DNA of 64,000 nt, from contig JBHGNT010000008.1 in NCBI GenBank assembly GCA_043228905.1, forward strand, positions 7,564,001 through 7,628,000, given 5' to 3'. Made by a program: the position numbers and the translations under genes. The notes beneath the pieces were generated by a model. That model was not told the DNA's origin and did no database searches. It saw only the letters and a list, made by a program, of their open reading frames with translations. Source of the stretch: Azolla caroliniana. Its lineage: Eukaryota > Plantae > Polypodiophyta. Shown here one piece after another: positions 19,135 through 29,343 of this stretch (position 1 is the first letter of the stretch; every line of letters begins with the position of its first letter).

Positions 19135-19888
19135 TCTAGGAAGTAATGGATAGAAGGTACCCTTCAACCTTATTATTATTGACCGACTCCTCCAAGCTAA
19201 TAATGTTTACCTTGTCAAAAAAACTACGTATCAAATATTCTATTTGTTCCATGTGGCATGGATATAGCCTTAGGCCACTTCTTAATACTAGTGTTGTAGT
19301 ATATTTCTTGAGGAGAAAAAAAAACCAAGGTTTAGCCTATAGCATAATATATTTTATGAATACCCAATTGCAGACAATCTCAGATATGAGGAACCAACGA
19401 GATTCTACTCATCTTCATCTCGCTATATCCCATATAACACCCATCCTCACAAATTGTAGCTCCATGTTTTCTAATTATCATTATAATTTTGCATTGCCTA
19501 CATCTTACTCTCTTCATCTCTTATTTAATTATCTTAAATTGCCACAAATGGGAACTTGGGATGTTTTGCATAGAAGCTACCATGACTAGAAGTCAATCAA
19601 CAATGTTACTGTATTATGTTTAATGGGACATGTTGTGAATTGAAAGAGCGAGTTCTATGAGTGGAATCTTTTATAAAAAAAAAACAATGCACAAACGAAT
19701 TTTCAGCAAAAGTATGCACATATAGAGTACTTTGCTTATGTTAGTTGACGAAGGAAGCAATAGAGACACAGAGGTAGTGTGGACGTGCAAAACATGAATG
19801 GTCAATAAATGTGCACCCACCCAAAGGATTGTACAAGGGTCATGTATACATATTAAATTAACACACAACGAATAAGAGTTATTTGTGA

Positions 19889-20256
19889 AAGTTTGCCAAA
19901 CCCAAGTATTGTTTAATGAAAGGATATCTCTATATTTTTGTTGCACATATGATCAATTCATAGGAAGGCATAAAAACTCGAATGAATGGTCCTTCACCTT
20001 TCGAAGATTGCATCCCTCCAACCCAAAACTTTGACCCGGTGACTTGGTTTCAGATGGCGTCTGATTGTTAAGTTTGTCAAACCCAAGTATTGTTTACTGA
20101 AAGGATACCTCTATATTTTTTTGTCGCAGATATGATCAATTCATAGGGAAGCATAAAAACTCGAATGTTCTTCATCTTTCGAAGAAAGATTGCATGCATC
20201 CTTGCAACCCTAAACTCTGACTCGGTGACTTGGTTTTAGATGCCGCTTGATTATTA
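19889..20256. repeat. Diverged ~180-bp tandem duplication upstream of the PPR gene
   Basis: AAGTTTG(C/T)CAAACCCAAGTATTGTTTA...GGTGACTTGGTTT(C/T)AGATG occurs at ~19889 and ~20070. Confidence 0.8.
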
Positions 20257-20455
20257 ACTGCCTGCTAGGTTAGTAGGTCAAGCTTGAACGGGTTCCACTA
20301 TGCATTACATTTGTCCGGTCCGCGTCAAAGAAAAACCCGAGAACCTCGATTCCCGAGAGGTTTTTGTTCACACATACGCATCATTAACCATGATAATTAG
20401 GGTCCTTAATTACTTGATTGTTCATTAAACCCACAATTAAGAGATAGTAATCAGC

Positions 20456-23400
20456 ATGAGAAGATGCCTGCAACAGAGAGCTACTCTGCACCCAATCAGA
20501 CCCACAGCTTCCATTGATCAGCTCCTCTCCAATGGTTCAGGGCCCCTGATACTCGAAGGTGAATCAGATCTAGGGCCTCTGAACCCCAAAGAACCAGAAA
20601 ATTTAGTGTCTTTGTCTCAGAGAGAACAACCAGGGTTAGGGTTTCTGAACATGAAAGAACTAGATTTAAGGTTACCCCTGAAAAAAACGGAGATTCAAGA
20701 GGCCATGAAAACAGATTTAGGGTTACTCTGCCAAAAGGGTGATCTTCAAGAAGCCATTGAAGCTGCAGAGGACATGTATCTTCAAGGGCACCTTGTCTCT
20801 AAGGACTCATTTTACACCCTTTTGCAATGTTGTAACAAAGCGTTGGATATGGAAAGAGGGAGGCAAATATTGTCTCTGATGGTTAGATGCCGACTTGAAG
20901 CATCAGCTTTCTTGGGTTATCATGTTATATGCCTCTTTTCCTCATGTGGAAACTTGTTAGAAGCATACAAAATGTTTACCATGATTTCAAAGCCAAACGT
21001 GTATACTTTCCATTCGATAATTTTGGCGTGTATCAGATTTGGAGACCATACAAAAGCCTTGGAACTGTACAAGAACATGCGAAAGGTGGGCGTTAATCCA
21101 GATAAGTTTGTGTTTTCAAGCATTTTATCTTGTTGTAGTAACAATTTTGGAGCGATGAAAGAAGGCATGATCATTCATGATCACATCGTTAGATATGATA
21201 TCTACAAGGATTTGATTGTCGCAAATGCACTTATTGATATGTATTCAAAATGCAGGTGCTTGGATGAGGCCTATAAAGTGTTTGATGAAATGCCGACAAG
21301 AGATATAGTTTCATGGAGCTCATTGATTTGTGGCTATGCAAACCATGAGTGTGGCTCGTCTGCAATGGCTATCTACAATGAAATGGAAGGCGAAGGAATC
21401 TACCCTAACAAGGTTACTTTTTTATCCATATTAAAAGCATGTGGCCATATGAACGAGAATGACAAAGGACGGTTGATTCATGACCAAATAGTTAAGGGTG
21501 GAAATGATGTGGATGTATGTGTTAGAAGTGCCCTTGTGTATATGTACACCAAATGTGGTAGCCTGGAGGAGGCTTGGAGGGTCTTTGAGAAATCATCTAA
21601 TCAGGATGTAATTTCATGGGGTACTATGATATCAGCCCTTTCACAGAATTGGGATAGTGAAATGGCCCTTGAGTTGTTTGAGGGGCTGATGAAGAAACAA
21701 ATAGAGCCTGATATTACTTGTTTTTCAAGTGCATTGAAGTCTTGTGGTAGATTAGGTGCATTAAGGCAAGGCAGATTGATACATACGGAGATTTTGAACA
21801 GGAAGTTTGATCGATCTGTAGTGGTTGGAGGTGCTCTTGTTGATATGTATGTTAATTGTGGGAGCCTAGAGGATGCAGTGAAGGTTTTCCAAGAGCATTC
21901 TGATAGAGATGTGGTTTTGTATGGAGCTATGATTTCAGGATGCGTGGAATGTAGACATGGCAGTCGTGCCTTGAGGCTATACGTAGAAATGCGAGATCAA
22001 AATGTGAATCCAAATAAATTTATCTATTCATGTGTTTTAAAAGCTTGCAGTAGTGTAACTGCTCAAAAGGAGGGGGAACTCATACATGATCATGTTATAA
22101 GAACAGGACTTGAATCTGAGTTGATAGTTGGGAGTGCTATTGTCGACATGTATGCCAAGTGTTCAAGGTTGCTGGAAGCTCGCAAGGTGTTTGAGAACCT
22201 ACATGAGCGAGATTTGGTTTCATGGGCTGCAATGATTGTAGGCCATGCACAGAGTGAGCAAGGTTATCTTGCTTTTGAATACTTTGAGAAAATGCAAAAT
22301 GAAGGTATTGATCCGGATGCATGTGTCTATTCTGGCATGTTGAAAGCTTCTGGTAGTATGAGTGACATGAAGGTTGGTAGGTATGTACATGGGAAGATAA
22401 TAGAGGGCGGTTGTGATTTAGATGAAGTTATTGGAAATTCCCTAGTCGATATGTATGTCAAATGTGGTAACCTCGATGAAGCTTTGAAAATCTTTGAAAG
22501 AATGCCATGCAGAAATCTAGAAGCATGGACCTCCATTATTTCTGGGTATATTGGTCATGGACATGGTTCATTTGCTCTCCATTTATTGAGCGTAATGCAG
22601 CAAGAGAATGTTGAGCCAGATAAGCTTCTTTTTCTGTTGATCTTGAGAGCATGTGGGAGCATAGAAGCATTATTGAATGGAAAACTTATTCATTTTTTGA
22701 TCATTCATAGTGGCCATATAGTGGATGCCATTCTGGGCAATTCCCTTCTTGACTTGTATTGTAAGTGCGGAAAGTTAGATGATGCACGTAGCATATTTGA
22801 TAGACTACAAACTCGAGATGTATTTTCTTGGGGTTCTTTGGTGACAGGTTTCGCACATCATGACCATTGGGTTACTGCACTCGGACTTTTTGAAGGCATG
22901 TGTGAGGATGGCATAGAGCCTAATCAAAGTACCCATCTAAGCTTGTTGAAAGCTTGTGGAATTGTTGGAGCTATATGGCAGACTGTATTGATTCATGAGC
23001 AGATCCTTAGAAGGGGGCTTGAATCAGATATTCTCCTTGCAACAGCCCTTCTTGATACATATGCGAAGTGTGGGAGCGTAGAAGAGGCACAAAATGTATT
23101 CGAGAAATTACCTGAAAAAGACTTAGTTTCATGGGGTGCTTTGGTTGCAGGATACGCTCAACAGGGCAATTACAAAGTGGTAGAAAAATGCTTGCGAACC
23201 TTACAAATGCAAGGCTTAAAACCCAATGACGTGATCTTCACAAGCCTTCTCGCAGTTTGCAGTAATGTTGGCTTGCTTGAAAAGGGCTGCTCTTACTTCA
23301 AATCCATGATGGAAGTTTATGGTATTTTTCCTTGTATAGAGCAATACAGTTGCATGGTAGATCTATTTGGTCGCCATGGATGTCTATATGAGGCTGAAGG

Positions 23401-23695
23401 CATTCTTCATACAATGCCAGTGACACCAGATTTTGTTTTGTGGACATCTTTATTGAATAGCTCTGAAAGGCATGGTGATTTAGGTCTAGGCAGTGTCTGC
23501 TTTGATGAGCTTATTAAATCAATGCCACTTTTTGATGGTTCCGGTTATGTGTTCATGGCAAACTTATATGCTGATGCTCACGTCTTCCAAGGTGAGAGCA
23601 CAAAGGTAGAGATAGATAATGCGAGAGAGCATGGTAAGTTTGCAGCTCTTTTTTCCCTTGTGGTACATTCCAATGAGAGGATGAAAAATGATTAA
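20456..23695 (+). CDS. PLS-class pentatricopeptide repeat protein (organellar RNA-editing-factor type) with E-like C-terminus and no intact DYW domain
   Basis: Intronless 1079-aa ORF with repeated P-L-S triplets (ALIDMYSKC..LDEA..VF..M..RD+VSW..+I.GY). It ends in the HY/QYSCMVDL+GR.G.L.EA...MP..PD...W.SLL E-domain pattern; no HSE/CxxCH/DYW in frame. Confidence 0.93.
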   Translation: MRRCLQQRATLHPIRPTASIDQLLSNGSGPLILEGESDLGPLNPKEPENLVSLSQREQPGLGFLNMKELDLRLPLKKTEIQEAMKTDLGLLCQKGDLQEAIEAAEDMYLQGHLVSKDSFYTLLQCCNKALDMERGRQILSLMVRCRLEASAFLGYHVICLFSSCGNLLEAYKMFTMISKPNVYTFHSIILACIRFGDHTKALELYKNMRKVGVNPDKFVFSSILSCCSNNFGAMKEGMIIHDHIVRYDIYKDLIVANALIDMYSKCRCLDEAYKVFDEMPTRDIVSWSSLICGYANHECGSSAMAIYNEMEGEGIYPNKVTFLSILKACGHMNENDKGRLIHDQIVKGGNDVDVCVRSALVYMYTKCGSLEEAWRVFEKSSNQDVISWGTMISALSQNWDSEMALELFEGLMKKQIEPDITCFSSALKSCGRLGALRQGRLIHTEILNRKFDRSVVVGGALVDMYVNCGSLEDAVKVFQEHSDRDVVLYGAMISGCVECRHGSRALRLYVEMRDQNVNPNKFIYSCVLKACSSVTAQKEGELIHDHVIRTGLESELIVGSAIVDMYAKCSRLLEARKVFENLHERDLVSWAAMIVGHAQSEQGYLAFEYFEKMQNEGIDPDACVYSGMLKASGSMSDMKVGRYVHGKIIEGGCDLDEVIGNSLVDMYVKCGNLDEALKIFERMPCRNLEAWTSIISGYIGHGHGSFALHLLSVMQQENVEPDKLLFLLILRACGSIEALLNGKLIHFLIIHSGHIVDAILGNSLLDLYCKCGKLDDARSIFDRLQTRDVFSWGSLVTGFAHHDHWVTALGLFEGMCEDGIEPNQSTHLSLLKACGIVGAIWQTVLIHEQILRRGLESDILLATALLDTYAKCGSVEEAQNVFEKLPEKDLVSWGALVAGYAQQGNYKVVEKCLRTLQMQGLKPNDVIFTSLLAVCSNVGLLEKGCSYFKSMMEVYGIFPCIEQYSCMVDLFGRHGCLYEAEGILHTMPVTPDFVLWTSLLNSSERHGDLGLGSVCFDELIKSMPLFDGSGYVFMANLYADAHVFQGESTKVEIDNAREHGKFAALFSLVVHSNERMKND

Positions 23696-23838
23696 ATCAA
23701 TGCCACTTTTTGATGGTTCCGGTATTGTGTTCATGGCAAACTTACATACTGAAACTCAAGTCTTCCAAGGTGAGAGCACAAAGTTTGCAGCTCCACTTTT
23801 TTCCTTTCGGGTACATTCCAATGAGAGGATGAAAAATG
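23513..23838 (+). repeat. Tandem duplication of the PPR 3' end
   Basis: Copy 1 23513-23690 and copy 2 23691-23838 both run ATTAAATCAATGCCACTTTTTGATGGTTCCGG...GAGGATGAAAAATG; copy 2 lacks ~30 bp. Confidence 0.9.
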
Positions 23839-24253
23839 ACATACATTCTTACAATCTAACATACTGGTGACTGATTGATTATACTCAATTTCTTCTTGGG
23901 GGTGCATTTTTTTGGACCAAAATGGTGAAACCCTCCAATAATGAGATGGAGCTCAAGTTGAATCTCAAAAGAGTATAAGAAAGCAGACAAAAAGCTTTAA
24001 ACTGGCCATGTGTAGAGCAACATGCATTATGTATATTATTTGGTTTAGAACCCAACTAGAGAAATAGTCTATGATCAATGGTAATACCAAGGAAGCTTTC
24101 AAAGCTTCATCCAGAGCCTAGAAGGGTTTATACTCTATATAAGGCCATAAGATGCTTACCATCCTTTTGAACCGTAAATAATGGCTCAACGAAAAACACT
24201 ATAACATTGAAGATCACAATGGATCCAAATGCAAACATAGAGGGCAATATATG

Positions 24254-24760
24254 AATTGATTTATTAATCTTTCTCAGTAGTATTATTATCAGAAACCTTT
24301 ATCTTATTCCAAACAATTAATCTACAAATTGGATTTCTATTTCTGCTTGTTTTAATTACTTATAATCAAATGCCAATAAATACTTATGACTGCAATGCAA
24401 GTTTACGGTAGTGCAGCATGACTTAATTACCAATGGCTGCTGCAAAGATTATCCATGAGATAAATGGCCTTTTAATGGTTCTACTAAGGGTACAACAAAT
24501 TACTCACTTATCTCACTAATCACCAAAAGTGAAGGATAATAAATGGATTGAATTACTAATCTAATCTCAGTAGTAGCATTATGACTCATGAGCAACCTTA
24601 ATCTCATTTCACAAATACTTAATCTACATATTATTGGTTTTTTTAATTCGGTTTGATTTCATCACTTTATTTAAATTCCATTATATACTATAACAATGAA
24701 AGGTTAGCATATAACAGCCTAAATTACCATTGCCTGCTGAAAATATTATCCATGATATAC
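24254..24760. repeat. Old diverged duplication (~290-bp spacing) between PPR and TDP2-like genes
   Basis: Collinear shared blocks TCTCAGTAGTA, TTAATCTACA, AATTACCA and ATTATCCATGA at ~24254-24460 and ~24547-24760. Confidence 0.5.
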
Positions 24761-25375
24761 CATGGGCTTATACTATTTGATGCTACAATAGTTTATTCAA
24801 GAGACAACTAAGTTTATTCACAATGACTAAAGAATGGCTTTATTTTATTACTAATTATTGCTACTAAGGTTATTCAAGAAATATGACGGTCATTTGAGTT
24901 AAGATACACTGGCCTTAAAGTAATTATTAATGATTGCTACAAAAATGAATTAAGAGATGCTTCTCTCTTTGCACTATTCTGGCTTTTCTACAACATTGGC
25001 AAAATAAATGCTAAAACGAGACCTACTCTATAATTCATGATGCATCCTTAACTTATTCCACATGATAATCAACTTATAATATATCCAAATTTATATCATT
25101 TACCATTGGCAAATTTATACAAAAAAGAGTCCCAAATATTTTTTGACATAATAGTTTCCACAAATACATGCGATAAATATAGACATAGGAGGCATTTTAA
25201 TAAATATAGGAAGCGCTTTGCTGTTGATCACACTTATAGCCAAAGACATAAAAGCATTGTACATATTTCTATATTTACAACCAACAGCGGACAAAAAACC
25301 TTCCCTAGGATCTGTTACTCAAAAATGAGATAGGGAATCCCTTGCAACAAAAATTTGCAGGGTAAATTGCCACAG

Positions 25376-28331
25376 TCACAACCTTGGGAGAAGTTTCAAA
25401 AGCAACCCAAAATGATCACTTGGTAAAACTGGCAGCTTCACTAGTTGTGGTTGTCTTTTCACCTTCATTTCCTTCTGAAAAGTTACACCAGGAATAGGAT
25501 TTCTTCCTACCATTTCAATGCTTTGAAGTTGGAAGTCATCAAGATGACAAAACAGTCTATCCACTCGTTTCCTCAGTCGGCTACCGGAAAGCATTGGATT
25601 CTCTTTGCTATCATAAGTAAATCCTTCCTACTCAATGAAGGAAACCCAATTATAGGTAAACCCATATTAGTTATCTGATGTAAAAACCTTCTTGTTAAAA
25701 TAAATGGAATGCTCTCCAAAAACTCAAGAAACCTTCTTGTTATAATAAATGGAAAGGTCTCCAAAAAAATCAACAACTAAGGTTTTAAATGCATTTAAAA
25801 CCTCCTTTGTTGCCATATGTAAAATCACCTCAGAAGGCAATGCAAAACCAGAAGGCAATGCAAAAGTCTCGTTCGCTGTCATATGTAAAATTTCTCAACA
25901 AAATCAAGGAAACAAAGGTATATCTAGCACTCTTTGATATTCACGTGGAAAAAACCTTTACAAAAAATCATGGAAACCAAAGGGTATCAAGAACTCATAA
26001 TGGGGTAGCAAATGCAGGCAACAAAAACTCTTCTTAGACTAAAATTGATAAACTACCTCTTCTGGTCGTAAAACTGACCATGCATCACACCAGCCTCTCG
26101 GAAGTGGGGGACTACCATCTAGCTTGTCGTCCCAATTCATGTCTCCGCCAAATACAACATTTGAATGACCTTTTAAAGCATCGAGAGCTTCTTTGGCTTG
26201 GGCTACACGTTCATGACTAAACATTTGATTCCATGTTGGAGGAGCTGGACAGGGACTTTCCAAATGTGTTGTGGCAACAATAAGTTGTTTGCCTCCCACT
26301 AGATCTACTTTAGAAATACATAGCTCCCTACCCATTACAGAGTTGTGATAAGAGCTTCTGCTAAAGCTTGTGTCGGGCACCCTGCTTAGCTATAGAATTG
26401 TTGCTGCGCATGAGTATATTTTGAATGAGAAGATATTTCTTACAAGAACAAAACAGAATCATGATCTTACTAGAATACAGAAGTACACTCGCATTGATGC
26501 CAATGCAGGTGTTAGAGAGCACTGATATCTGCTCCACCATGTTGAGCTCCGAAATAAATTATAAATGTTTGGAGTTACTTCCTGTAAAAGTAATTAACAT
26601 GGAGAAGAACCAAAAACCTTGTACGTGCATAAGTTATTATGTTATGTTGGCTTTCCTGTCAGTTATAGAATGATCAAATGGTATGCTTGCTTTATCACAT
26701 TAACAAATCCATACTAATGCATATTTTCTAGACACATAAACACCAGATTAGCTCATGATGAATAATTGTAGAAGTTACTAGTAATGTGCTGCATGCATAA
26801 TACAATTTAGTCTCAAATTTTGATTAGTATGTTCTTAATCTGTGCAAATAATTCACATCTGCATTCCTTGACATCTATTCTACGAATGCTAAACACTCAA
26901 GAGCTGTTTTTGACTGCAATTTCTCTGCAAAACTCAATAATGAAAGAGCCAAACTCACAAATAAGAAACCAAATCCTAACACAATGGAAGATGTAAATGA
27001 AACCACACACCTGAAAGCAGATGAAATGTGGGTTGTGTTCACAAATGATTCCACCAATGGCATTCATTCTTTCAGTTACTTCAAGATCTTCCCTAAACCA
27101 GACATTATATGTCAAGACACTTATACTCTGATTAGCACCCTGAACTGAGCTAAACTGACTAGCTGATGGAGAGTTATCCCTTGTAACAACTGAAACCAAT
27201 CCACATGTCAATATAACTTCCCCAAATTAGATTACATGCCAAGCTTGCATTGAATCAAACATAACAAATAGTACTTGGCTTAAGAGACATGGTTTATTAA
27301 TAAAGATATGTGAAGGTTAGAGCCTTATTATCCACCCAACCAGATATTCCCATACTACACACTCCATCCAGGAATGTGTAGATCTTATAATGTTCAAATA
27401 ACGGACAGATATGTTACAATTGCCGTTATAGATCCACAAATCCTAGGTCTATGGACCATAACCATTGACAATGTGCCTGATCCAAATCCGTCCAATAGCT
27501 AATGTACCTTAATCTACCTTAGCTGAAAAAGACATCTAGCAATTTATTATGTATCCAAAAATGATAGGAAAACCAATAACTAAAGGATCAACTCTAGACT
27601 TTATCTAATCCCCAAAAAATGTGCTTATGCATAGGCTCATAACAATTGCACAATGCATGAGTACCTTGTACTTGTTTTTTTCTCCCAACTCTATCAAGAT
27701 GGAGTTTCTGGAGCATACTGTTTGCCGAACTACCAAGATAAGACACTATACTTGCAGTGGATTTGCCATCGTCTAGTGATTTCCCCCTTTGAGGAGCATC
27801 ATTAGATATGGTACCTTGGGGTACCAAGAGCGATTCTTTCCTTTTGGAGGAGTCTTCTTGAGTGTTGACCTGGGGTCCTTCCCTTTCCCAGGAGTTTGGA
27901 TTGTTGTGCCTTATGGATTTCTTAATGTTCTGGAACTTTTCCATTCTGTTTTTCTCCTTCTCATCACCACCACCATTATCACCCATAACATCATCATCAT
28001 CATCATCATCATCATTCCCATCACCGTCATTATCATTAACATAAACAACAGACTTATTATTCAAAGCAGACCCCAAATTCTCAATGACATCTCTCCGAGT
28101 TCCGCACATATCACATACCTTATCAAACTCCTCATTGAGGAAAGTGCAAGCTCTGCAGTTCCATTGAGTGTTATTACCCATAGAAGACGATGCGACCATA
28201 GAAGGAATCAATGATGGAAGTGACGACGATGATGATACGGTGGATCTCTTAGGTTTGGCACATACCTCACACTGGTCTGAGGACATATGGTTTAGGAGAC
28301 TGCAAGCTGAGCAGGTCCAAGAAGAAGACAT
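25376..28331 (-). CDS. TDP2: TDP2-like (tyrosyl-DNA phosphodiesterase 2) EEP nuclease with two N-terminal RanBP2-type zinc fingers, 5 exons
   Basis: Exons 28331-27665, 27189-27011, 26581-26471, 26389-26057, 25627-25376, all GT-AG and in phase. Zinc fingers WTCSACSLLN..CEVC and WNCRACTFLN..CDMC; EEP motifs LTYNVWF, CFQEV, TTHLES, GGDMNW, TYD, DR, PSDHFG all present. Confidence 0.9.
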
Positions 28332-29343
28332 GGTGAAGGATTCTTCAATGAAGGAGACCCAAAACCCAAACCCAAACCCTAGACAGAAAGTCAAGAAGAG
28401 TGTGTGTATGCAGGCAGGGATTGAGAGAAATGGTGTTTTACTGCAGAAAATGGTTCTCTCACAAGAATGAAGGCTGCAAGCTTTTGAATGGAGAAGACAA
28501 AGTGATTTAAAAAAATGTGTGTAACCAGAATGTCATGGCTTTTTAATGATGTTAAATAAAAATATAAACAAAGAATCATATTGCATTCAAATCATGTACA
28601 TATGTACATATTATATATTTCCTGGGTAGAGCCTACATTAGGTGTCTCTAAGTTTGGCCGGGGTTGAGCCCGAATTTAGCGGGAAAAAAATCTTGATGAA
28701 TCGCCCACGGCCCAAGTTCTTCGTTTGGGTTCGAGACCCAACTTAGCGAAAAAAAAATAAATCTTGATAAATCAGCCACCACATGCTGATAGATAGAGGC
28801 CCACTCGCACTTTCGTGACCTCTGCGCGGGGCACTTAGAGTTCACATAGTTGCATTGGTGAGCGGCCAACATATTCACATTGCATGTTATGGTGAAAGAG
28901 TACAATACACATGATTGAAGGTGAAGTAGGGAAAGACAAGAAAACATGTCCTTCATGGGCTCAAAATCATGGAGAGGTTTGTCGAGGGAAGCTGCTATTC
29001 TGGGTGAATCGAGAAGCCAAGCCTCACCTTTTCGTTTGGTGGGGCCTTTGGTTGACATTGAACACAAAGGCCCCATCGATAATGGTCAAACTTGTGGGAA
29101 ATGCATCCTTCAAAGAAGAGAGAGAAGGGCAAAAAAGCGAATGGAACGATGCATGTCAAGGTCAAGGAAATCAATATGATCATGTGTGAAGTCATCCGCA
29201 ATCCACAAATCATATTCTATAGTAGGTTTCATGTGGTGAGGTTTTGAGAAGGTCAATAATCATTTTAATAGAAGCGAAGAGCAATGCTATTTAGTGTTGT
29301 AGACGTTGGGGCCAAGCCAATAACCACAAAGTAGGTAGGAAAG

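Noticed and set aside
23900-24200. Eroded DYW deaminase domain downstream of the PPR gene
   Set aside because: Only faint resemblance (e.g. LFGL); no HxE or CxxC motif found, so not annotated.
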